From: a virus | Reading direction: 5' to 3' (one strand) | IMG/VR virus record: IMGVR_UViG_3300022752_000027 | Span: 59,736-123,735 of that record | DNA length: 64,000 nt | Shown here: one piece after another, positions 36,803 through 45,685 of the stretch | Numbering within the stretch: position 1 is the stretch's first letter | Layout of the letters: each line of letters begins with the position of its first letter | The notes under the pieces: generated by a model | The model's input: only the letters and a program-made list of their open reading frames with translations | Told to the model about the DNA's origin: nothing | Database searches by the model: none | Translations under genes and position numbers: made by a program

Positions 36803-38854
36803 ATGAGCAAAATCAACTCTGTTAAATTCAAAGACAAGAAGTCATTTGATAAAAACAAAACAAAGCCTAATGTGCTTGCAATACATGAACCTTTTGGAAT
36901 CATTATCTTTAAAGATGACAATGAGGTAGTTCCCGATACTGCTAAAGTATCCCAAACCAATACAGTAGACGCATCCTTAGATCAGATTTCTACAGGTCTT
37001 GCCATTCTTATTGCTCATGACTATAATGAGGGGTTGGCTTATCTTAAATCTGCAAATGTTGTTATTAAAGAATCATTTGAATTAACCAAAACCTTTTTTA
37101 CCGAAGTTCCTGATTTTATTCCATTTGATTCTTTTTACGGTAGTATCATGTCTACTGGATTGTTTATCAGTGTAGAACCTGATTATATTGTCCCAATGCA
37201 GACAACTGCAGAAACTCCATATACAGGTCATTGGCATTTAGGTGATATGAAATGTGCTGAGGCTTGGACCTTACTTCCTGATGGAGTAGTTAAAGAAGTG
37301 GCCGTACTTGATATTGGTTGCGAAACTACACATGAAGATTTAGCAGGTATGATTAGTTCTACATCTTGGAACTGTGTTACAGATGCCCCAGATGTAAATC
37401 CTATTAGTGAATATGAAAAGCATGGTACATGTTGCTCAGGTGTAATTGCAGCAAATACTGGAAATGATATTGGCTGTAAATCAATCGGTAACAATCACCT
37501 TAAAGTACAGTTCCTACATATTGGCTATAACAGTTCAAGTACGGGAAGTTTTTCTACCTCAGATACTATATGCACAAGAGCAATAAATAAAGCTATTGCT
37601 AACCCTAATTGTGTTGCTGTTTCAATGTCATGGGGAGGAGGTAGCGCATATCCAATATTCAGTAATGCATTAAATAATGCTAGAACAATAGCAAGAGGTG
37701 GAAAAGGTATTCCAATTTTTGCTAGTTCTGGTAATCAAAACAATGCTAACTTTAATCAATTTCCAGCAGCATATCCGGCTGTAATGGCTGTAGGAGCAAC
37801 TACAAGCACTAATACAAGAGCAAGTTTTAGTAACTATGGTCCACTTTTGTATGCCTCTGCTCCAGGTGTAAGCCTCTGGACAGTAGATCGTACAGGTGCT
37901 GCAGGATATGGTCCAGATTCGTATAAAGGATTTTCAGGTACCTCAGCATCTTGTCCAGCAATGGCAGCAGTAGCAGGTTGTATACTTGTGAAGAATGAAA
38001 ATCTTACTGAGGTACAGGTTCGTGACATTATAAAAAATTCCTGCAGAAAACTGGGAGGCTATGTTTATGATTCAACTGGAAAATCCCTAGAACTTGGATG
38101 GGGAATTGTAGATATGTACTCTGCAATTTCATTGGCTGGTGGTACTAATCCTGGTGAACCTACGCCTGGACCTACATATAATATTTTTGGGACTATATCA
38201 TCTCAAGCAACAATCGAACAAGGACAAATTGCTAACATAACTTATTCAGTTATTTCAGATAAAGCAATGACCCAAGATACAGCTGTAGGTGTAAACATAG
38301 CATTTAAAAAACCTGATGGCTCAAGTTTAAACTTCTATTCTGGAAACATAACTATTAGTGCTGACCAGACTACAAAGTCTATGAATATTCCATTTACAGT
38401 TCCTAATACAATCAGCGGTCCATGCCAGTTTATAATGACCGTAGATCCAAATAATTTTGTACAGGAAACAAATGAAAATGATAATGTAGCATTTACGTCT
38501 ATTAATGTAACTCAAATGCCTACACCAACTAATGGTGTTGATGGTGAGATTACAATTACTGGCTATGAATGGGTTGATGCAACAAGGGTTAGAATTAGAT
38601 ATATGCTTACTAATAGAGGCACAACCACTATAACATCTTGGAAAGCAGTAGTTGGTTTTGATGGAATGTCACAGATTACTTGGAATAGAAATGATGTAAT
38701 TGCACCTGGAAAGTATGGTGCCTTTGGTTCTGTATTTAGTAGTAATTTATATGGTACTCTTCCAAATACATTTAGAATCAACGTTACCCAGGTAAATGGA
38801 GTACCGGATTCAAATATTTCTAACAATACTGCATCTATTTTAGTATCTTATTAA
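36803..38854 (+). CDS. S8 subtilisin-like serine protease with CARDB-like domains (copy 2)
   Basis: VAVLDIG, HGTCCSG, ASSGN, SGTSASCP; VDPNNFVQETNENDN. Confidence 0.95.
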   Translation: MSKINSVKFKDKKSFDKNKTKPNVLAIHEPFGIIIFKDDNEVVPDTAKVSQTNTVDASLDQISTGLAILIAHDYNEGLAYLKSANVVIKESFELTKTFFTEVPDFIPFDSFYGSIMSTGLFISVEPDYIVPMQTTAETPYTGHWHLGDMKCAEAWTLLPDGVVKEVAVLDIGCETTHEDLAGMISSTSWNCVTDAPDVNPISEYEKHGTCCSGVIAANTGNDIGCKSIGNNHLKVQFLHIGYNSSSTGSFSTSDTICTRAINKAIANPNCVAVSMSWGGGSAYPIFSNALNNARTIARGGKGIPIFASSGNQNNANFNQFPAAYPAVMAVGATTSTNTRASFSNYGPLLYASAPGVSLWTVDRTGAAGYGPDSYKGFSGTSASCPAMAAVAGCILVKNENLTEVQVRDIIKNSCRKLGGYVYDSTGKSLELGWGIVDMYSAISLAGGTNPGEPTPGPTYNIFGTISSQATIEQGQIANITYSVISDKAMTQDTAVGVNIAFKKPDGSSLNFYSGNITISADQTTKSMNIPFTVPNTISGPCQFIMTVDPNNFVQETNENDNVAFTSINVTQMPTPTNGVDGEITITGYEWVDATRVRIRYMLTNRGTTTITSWKAVVGFDGMSQITWNRNDVIAPGKYGAFGSVFSSNLYGTLPNTFRINVTQVNGVPDSNISNNTASILVSY

Positions 38855-38871
38855 TAGTAAAAAATTAAAAC

Positions 38872-41130
38872 ATGTTCTATTCAATAGTATTCTCAACACA
38901 AAAAGCTTTATTAACAGCTGCTAAGTTACCTGGTGTGCATTCTGTGCACACACCATTACAAATGATCATTTTTGAAGGATCTGTTCCTTCAAAACTTGAC
39001 CCTAAAACAGTAATTTATATATCGGAGCCATATGCCGGAATTGAAGAGGCTAAAACAGGACTAGTAATTTTTACTGCGGCAACTAATAAATTTTTAGATT
39101 TAGTAAACTACCTGAAGAAATCAGCAGTACTTGTTTTAGATACTTTTCCAGAAACAAATATTATCATTACCAGAATGCCTACAATGACAACGTGGACTAA
39201 GTTTAATGCTAAACTTGCCAAAGAAGCATCGTCATTAATTGGATTTGTAGAAGAGGATTTAACATTTAATGTTGTTCCAGATTCTCCAGATTATGCATAT
39301 GGAAATTATACATATGAGCAACATGGTTGGTTAAATTCAATAAATGCAGGAGATTCGTATTCAATGATTTCTGCACTTTCTGGTGAAAAACATGTTGCTA
39401 TTTTTGATTCATCATTTGATATTAACCATCCTGATTTAGTTGGCAGATCTGCATTTAACTGGAACTGTGTTGATAATAATTCAAATGTAGATGTTATTGC
39501 AGGAGATCCATATTATAATTCTTCTTTGGGTCAAATGGATTTTGCATATCCTCAGCATGCTACTGCAATGGCAGGTATTGTTGCGGCAAACTCTACAAAT
39601 GGAATTCTTGTACAGTCTAATACTTTAAATAAAGTAAAGGCACAAGTATTAAAAGTACTTTATCCATATAATATTAATACCCCCACACCAACTATTATCT
39701 ATAACACAACAAATTCTGCGTTGATTCGTGGATTTAATCGTGCTATGTTAAATAATTCTTGTGCGGCAATAAGTATAGCATGGACAGGCTCAGCATTTAC
39801 ATCACAAGTATATAGTGTAATGAATTATGTACTTCAGAGTGCTAGAAATTGTAAAGGTATTCCAATCTTTGTATCTGCAGGTAATGTGCCAACTGACCAA
39901 ATTAATTATTTTCCAGCTGCCTATGGACAAAGCACAAAACTATGCACGATAAGTGGGACATGTTGCGGAACAATAGACCGTGAAAATTCACTAATTGCAT
40001 CATTTTCTAGTTTTGGTATTAATGTTTTTATAGCAGCTCCAGCAGTACAGGTTTTAACAACAGATGTTAGTGGAACATACGGATATTCCTATTCATCAGA
40101 CCCTAGTGTAAATGCTGTAACATATTTCAATGGAACATCGGCATCTGCACCAATTGTTGCTGGAGTAGCAGCATTAATGTCTTTAGTAAATTCAGGTTTA
40201 AGTGTAACAGATATTAGAACAATTTTAAAAAATAGTGCATTGCAAGTCAATCCAGGAACTGCAGAAGGAGAATATAATTATTCAGGAGTTGGTGGCTTTT
40301 TTGATACTGGAGGTAGTAAATCTAATGAGTTGGGATATGGTTTACTTGATCAATATTCTGCACTAATAGGTGCTGCTGCATTTGTACCAGCAACTGGAGG
40401 ATCTGATTTAAGTTTTTCTGAAATTGATATTCCAGATACAATTTATGCTGGAGATACAATTACTGTAAGTTTTGGAATTGATATTGATCCTGGATTTATC
40501 TATCAAGCAACAGGGTGCTCATCTAATAGTATTAAAGTTGCATTTTATAGTTCATCGACTCCGTATTATACGACTGCCAATTGCCCATTGATTTATGAAA
40601 CTACAGTTTATCCAGAACTTGGGGATACTTCAATTTCTAGTACATTCCCCTACACTGTACCATGTAATGCAACTGGTGATGTTTACATTATTGGAAATGT
40701 AGATTATGCAGAGTTATATCATGAAGGTGATGAAACTAATAATATTGGCGTTAGTAATTCAATGACTATAAATGGAATTTTAGCGCCTTGTCAGATTACT
40801 GATTTATCCGTAAGCATTATTTCAAGTTCATTACAGACAAATGGGTATAGATCATTTGTAGTTAGATTTACTAATACAGGAAATACTAATATTACTACTT
40901 TTAACTGGACAAGAGGTTGGTTAAATTCTCCAACTGGATCTCAAACAACAGGTACGTATAACTTTTCAGCAAGTACTCCACTGTTACCAGGAGCGTCAAG
41001 AAATGTTTCTGTAACATGGGCACAGTATGCGGCATCTTTCCCAGCTACTTGGTTTGCAAGAATTAATACTGTAAATGGTGCGCCAGATGCTGTTATAAGC
41101 AATAATACATCAACAATTGAAGTAAACTAA
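38872..41130 (+). CDS. S8 subtilisin-like serine protease with CARDB-like domains (copy 3)
   Basis: VAIFDSS, HATAMAG, VSAGN, NGTSASAP; EGDETNN. Confidence 0.92.
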   Translation: MFYSIVFSTQKALLTAAKLPGVHSVHTPLQMIIFEGSVPSKLDPKTVIYISEPYAGIEEAKTGLVIFTAATNKFLDLVNYLKKSAVLVLDTFPETNIIITRMPTMTTWTKFNAKLAKEASSLIGFVEEDLTFNVVPDSPDYAYGNYTYEQHGWLNSINAGDSYSMISALSGEKHVAIFDSSFDINHPDLVGRSAFNWNCVDNNSNVDVIAGDPYYNSSLGQMDFAYPQHATAMAGIVAANSTNGILVQSNTLNKVKAQVLKVLYPYNINTPTPTIIYNTTNSALIRGFNRAMLNNSCAAISIAWTGSAFTSQVYSVMNYVLQSARNCKGIPIFVSAGNVPTDQINYFPAAYGQSTKLCTISGTCCGTIDRENSLIASFSSFGINVFIAAPAVQVLTTDVSGTYGYSYSSDPSVNAVTYFNGTSASAPIVAGVAALMSLVNSGLSVTDIRTILKNSALQVNPGTAEGEYNYSGVGGFFDTGGSKSNELGYGLLDQYSALIGAAAFVPATGGSDLSFSEIDIPDTIYAGDTITVSFGIDIDPGFIYQATGCSSNSIKVAFYSSSTPYYTTANCPLIYETTVYPELGDTSISSTFPYTVPCNATGDVYIIGNVDYAELYHEGDETNNIGVSNSMTINGILAPCQITDLSVSIISSSLQTNGYRSFVVRFTNTGNTNITTFNWTRGWLNSPTGSQTTGTYNFSASTPLLPGASRNVSVTWAQYAASFPATWFARINTVNGAPDAVISNNTSTIEVN

Positions 41131-41144
41131 TACTATTCATTGGA

Positions 41145-43601
41145 ATGATAAACGCAGTAACATATAAAACAGGTGCTTTATATAAAAAAGCATTAGCTGA
41201 TAAGAATATTTTACAGACACATGAGCCGTTTAATATCATAGTATATGATGACCCGTCTCCTGTAAAAAGGGATATGACGACTATTCGTAGAATTACTGAG
41301 GTTGATGATATTACTAAAGTTCCAACTGGATTAGCGTTATTAAAAGTTAATTGTGATCTTTTTGAAACTCGCTTAGATCCGGATTATCGAATTAATATGG
41401 ACCTTAAATATGAGGCTGAAAAAATCCTAAAAGAAAATAATGTAAAAGTTATTGATACAATACCACTTACATTTGGATATATTGTAGAAATACCTTCTAA
41501 TTTATCTTTTACAAAATTTACTGAAAAAATTAATAAAACATATAATGATCAAAATATTTTTTTAGTAATTGAGGAAGATGTAATTTTTGATGCACAGTCT
41601 TGTGATTACTATGCATGGCCTGATAGTTCTCAATGGCATCTTAAAGATATTCAAGCAAATCAAGCATATGCACTATTAGATCAAGGTGGCTATAACTCAG
41701 AAGATGGTACTACATATGGAGAATGGTATACCAGAGACGTAGCAATTATTGATGGTACAGGTTTTGAACTTAGTCATCCAGATTTATATAATACTGATTA
41801 TCCAGTAGACCATCCTGGTCGTGTTATGACTAGAGAAAACTGGGATTGTGTAAACAATAATAGTAATCCTCAACCAAGTGGTCCAAATGATAAACATGGT
41901 ACCGTCATGGCAGGAATAGCTGCATCAGGATGGGCAGATAGAAGATTTTTAAAAGGTGTTGGTTTAGATCATATTAATGCACAATGTCTTAGAATAGGAT
42001 ATAATGTTGGAATAAATGGTGCATTTTCAACATCAACCACTTTTGTAATAAGGGCTTTAAATAAAGCAATATTAAATACTAACTGTGCGGCAATTGCAAT
42101 GCCATATTCGCATGGAGGATTTTCAGTATTTACTAATATTATGCTAAATAATATTAGATATTTTAGTAGATTTGGAAAAGGAATGTTGGTTTTTGCTGCT
42201 TCTGGAAATAGTGGAGCAAGTAGTATTTCTAATGTTTATCCAGCAGCATATGATAATGTATTAGCTATAGGCGCTAGTACTGTAAGTCATTCAAGAGCTT
42301 CTTTTTCAAACTATGGTTCTGATTTATTTGCAACTGCTCCAGGAGCTTCAATTTTTGCAATTGACCGCTGCTGTAGTAGGGGATATAATATAAATCCAGA
42401 CCCCACCTATGGGTCAGTGACATATTTTAGCGGTACATCTGCATCTGCAGTCATTGCAGCTACTATAGCCGCTACAATGGTTGTGGCAAATCCTGATATT
42501 ACTGCACTACAGATTAAAACAATATTAGAAATTACTGCCAGAAGAATTGGTCCATATACTTATTATTCTACAAGTAATGAGATTGGATTTAATCTCAGTA
42601 CTAATCCTGAAATGGGTAATGGTATTCTAACCCAAGCTACTGCAGTACAAAAAGCACTTGAATATGCTTCAGTAAATCAAACCGCATATTTAAATTATGC
42701 GATAGATACTTTAAGTTTTTCTCAAGGTGACTTTGACAATGGTTTACAGGTTGCAACAGGTAGTGCTGTTCAATGGTTAATGGATATTAGTATTACAAAT
42801 GATTCTCCAGAACCCTTACCAGTAAGTGTAAATACTATTAATGTAAGAGTTTCAGTAACATTAGAAACTGATGGCCCAACACCAACTGCAAGTACACCAA
42901 TGATGCCTCTTTCTAATACTGCCTATATTTATGGACCACAAGATGTCGTGGTTCTTCCTGGAGAAACTATAACAAGGACTGTTACATGCCAGAGTGGAGG
43001 TTTAGAAAGATACAGTTGTCTTTTAGAGGGTAATTATTATTTTGTTGCTAAAATTGATAGTGCCGATTATGTTGTAGAAACAAGTGAAGAAGATAATATT
43101 GTATATATTCCTGTAGAATATATATATACTGAAGGTAGCATTGGATATTGTTCTCAAACCTGTGATCCTACTCAATACCCAGATGTGCAAATAAGAATTG
43201 ATTATTTAACAGTACAAAGGTTGGATCAAGCACTTCCTGCCCCATATACTGGATATTTTTGGAAAATAAAAGCAAGATTTACAAACTTAGACACCATAAA
43301 TGCAAATAGTTTTTGGGTAAGATATAACTGGAATCCAAGTATAATAAGTGGAGTATGGGAACAATGGGTTTTTGAGAACTCTTCGTTTATAAATGATGAT
43401 AATCTTGTACCATATGCCCCACAGTTTCAAATGCTTACACCTTTACTACCAGGAGAATCAAGATATATAGAAAAAATTATTGGATATCCACCATTACAAT
43501 ATCCTGCTATAATGACAGCTGTTGTTGCTATAGTTAATACATGGCCAGTAAATAATATTCAACCAATACATTTTACACAATCGGCTATAATATATCAATA
43601 A
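41145..43601 (+). CDS. S8 subtilisin-like serine protease with CARDB-like domains (copy 4)
   Basis: VAIIDGTG, HGTVMAG, AASGN, SGTSASA; VVETSEEDN. Confidence 0.92.
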   Translation: MINAVTYKTGALYKKALADKNILQTHEPFNIIVYDDPSPVKRDMTTIRRITEVDDITKVPTGLALLKVNCDLFETRLDPDYRINMDLKYEAEKILKENNVKVIDTIPLTFGYIVEIPSNLSFTKFTEKINKTYNDQNIFLVIEEDVIFDAQSCDYYAWPDSSQWHLKDIQANQAYALLDQGGYNSEDGTTYGEWYTRDVAIIDGTGFELSHPDLYNTDYPVDHPGRVMTRENWDCVNNNSNPQPSGPNDKHGTVMAGIAASGWADRRFLKGVGLDHINAQCLRIGYNVGINGAFSTSTTFVIRALNKAILNTNCAAIAMPYSHGGFSVFTNIMLNNIRYFSRFGKGMLVFAASGNSGASSISNVYPAAYDNVLAIGASTVSHSRASFSNYGSDLFATAPGASIFAIDRCCSRGYNINPDPTYGSVTYFSGTSASAVIAATIAATMVVANPDITALQIKTILEITARRIGPYTYYSTSNEIGFNLSTNPEMGNGILTQATAVQKALEYASVNQTAYLNYAIDTLSFSQGDFDNGLQVATGSAVQWLMDISITNDSPEPLPVSVNTINVRVSVTLETDGPTPTASTPMMPLSNTAYIYGPQDVVVLPGETITRTVTCQSGGLERYSCLLEGNYYFVAKIDSADYVVETSEEDNIVYIPVEYIYTEGSIGYCSQTCDPTQYPDVQIRIDYLTVQRLDQALPAPYTGYFWKIKARFTNLDTINANSFWVRYNWNPSIISGVWEQWVFENSSFINDDNLVPYAPQFQMLTPLLPGESRYIEKIIGYPPLQYPAIMTAVVAIVNTWPVNNIQPIHFTQSAIIYQ

Positions 43602-45685
43602 TGATGAAAACAATAAATTCTGTAAAGTTTAAAAGTCAAAGTACTTTTGAAAAGACTAAAGTAAAATCTAATGTTTTACAGGTTCACGAGCCTTTTAATA
43701 TTGTTGTATTTGAAGATGATGCTCATGTAGATCCTGATTTTTCAAAAGTAAAACAAACTAATAAGGTTTCCGATCTAAAAGAAATACCTTCAGGTTTAGC
43801 TACGGCAATTGCATTTGACTATAAAAAAGCAAAGAAATTTTTAAAAGATTCTAATATTGACATAGTAAATGATTTTGAGTTAACTAAAACATTTATTATA
43901 GATATTCCGGATCATACGGCTTTTGAGGATTTTAGAACTCTTGTAATTGGATCAAATCTATTTGCCTCAGTTGTTGAGGATAAGATTATAGAGAGTAAAT
44001 CAAACTTGACAAACTATCCATATTCCGCACACTGGTGGTTAGGTAATATTAATGCATCTTCTGCTTGGTCACAATTAACTGCGCCAGGTTTAGTTGATGT
44101 TGCTGTAATTGACGGAACGGGTTGTGAGGTATCACATCCTGATTTAGTTGGAAAAACAAACCTGAACTGGAACTGCGTAGCTAATAATAGTAATGTAAGT
44201 CCTGTTTCTGATAATGAAAAACACGGTACTCCATGTGCCGGAATTATTGCAGCTAACTGTGCAAACAATGAGCTTGTATTATCTGTTGGAAATGATAAAG
44301 TAAGAGTACAGTTCCTAAAAGTAGGGTATAACCACACATCTACAGGCTCTTGGAATACATCAGATGCAATTTTAACAATGGCTGTAAATAAGGCAATTGC
44401 AAATACAAATTGTGTTGCAATATCAATGTCTTTTTACACTTCTATTTCTGGAGGATTTAAATCAGCATTAACAAGTGCTAAAGTATCAGGTAGAGGGGGA
44501 AAAGGAATGCCTTTGTTTGCATCTTCAGGTAATGATGGTGCATCATCAGTTACTCAAGCTCCTGCTGCATGGCCAGAAGTAATGGCTATTGGTGCATCTA
44601 ATAGTACTAATACTAGATCATCTTTTTCAAATTATGGAACTAGTCTTTTTGCAGCAGCTCCAGGATCATCAGTGCTTACTACAGATAGAACTGGCGGAAA
44701 AGGCTATTCTATAAATGTAGACCCTACTTTAGATGCTGTAACTTACTTTAGTGGTACTTCAGCTGCCTGTCCTGTTATGGCCGGTGTAGCTGGTACAATG
44801 ATTCTTGCAAATCCTAATTTAACAGAATCTCAAGTAAGAACAATACTTGCACAGACAAGTAGAAAACTTGGCGGCTATAACTATACTAGTGGCAAATCCC
44901 TAGAATTAGGATATGGCATTGTTGATCAAAACGCTGCAGTTGCAGCTGCTATTGCAGCAACTACAGTAGTACCGGATGTTCCAAACATCAGCATGATAAT
45001 GTCAGCACAAGGTACTGCTGTACAGGGAAGCATAATTCCAATTAACTATACTGTAAATTTATCTACTGCACAAACTAGTGCCTTAACACTAAGAGTATCA
45101 TTTTATAGATCGTTGAATACTATTCTTGAAGCTAATGATACATTGATTCAAACAGAAGTAATTACAGTACCAGCAAGTACTACCATGTATACTTCTGGCT
45201 TTAATTATACTGTTCCAACTAACATAGTTGGAAATCTATATGTTATTGGTTTTGTGGACAGTACGAATATTGTTTCTGAGCCAATTGAAACTGATAATAC
45301 AGCAAGTGTCGTAATTAATGTAGTTACTACAGGTCCAGTACCATCAAATAGTGGTTTAGATTTATCTGTGCAGCTTATTCAAACTAGATATGCTACCAAT
45401 GGAAAACTTTATGTAAAACAAAAGTTTACTAATGTCGGTTCAGTTGCAATCACAAGTTATAAATTTGTGAGGGGATTTATTGGTGGCACACAGCAAACTA
45501 AACAGATTAATAATGTCAATATGCAACCTGGACAATCTGTAACAAGTGAAACTGTTTGGAGTAACTATCCTCCAGCATATCCAGCAACTTATAAGATAAC
45601 TATAACAGAAGTAAATGGAGTAGTTGATTCAGTTGCCACAAATAATGTTAGTACAATTCAAGTAAATGAGAATGTTGCGCTATGA
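43601..45685 (+). CDS. S8 subtilisin-like serine protease with CARDB-like domains (copy 5)
   Basis: VAVIDGTG, HGTPCAG, ASSGN, SGTSAACP; VDSTNIVSEPIETDN. Confidence 0.95.
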   Translation: MMKTINSVKFKSQSTFEKTKVKSNVLQVHEPFNIVVFEDDAHVDPDFSKVKQTNKVSDLKEIPSGLATAIAFDYKKAKKFLKDSNIDIVNDFELTKTFIIDIPDHTAFEDFRTLVIGSNLFASVVEDKIIESKSNLTNYPYSAHWWLGNINASSAWSQLTAPGLVDVAVIDGTGCEVSHPDLVGKTNLNWNCVANNSNVSPVSDNEKHGTPCAGIIAANCANNELVLSVGNDKVRVQFLKVGYNHTSTGSWNTSDAILTMAVNKAIANTNCVAISMSFYTSISGGFKSALTSAKVSGRGGKGMPLFASSGNDGASSVTQAPAAWPEVMAIGASNSTNTRSSFSNYGTSLFAAAPGSSVLTTDRTGGKGYSINVDPTLDAVTYFSGTSAACPVMAGVAGTMILANPNLTESQVRTILAQTSRKLGGYNYTSGKSLELGYGIVDQNAAVAAAIAATTVVPDVPNISMIMSAQGTAVQGSIIPINYTVNLSTAQTSALTLRVSFYRSLNTILEANDTLIQTEVITVPASTTMYTSGFNYTVPTNIVGNLYVIGFVDSTNIVSEPIETDNTASVVINVVTTGPVPSNSGLDLSVQLIQTRYATNGKLYVKQKFTNVGSVAITSYKFVRGFIGGTQQTKQINNVNMQPGQSVTSETVWSNYPPAYPATYKITITEVNGVVDSVATNNVSTIQVNENVAL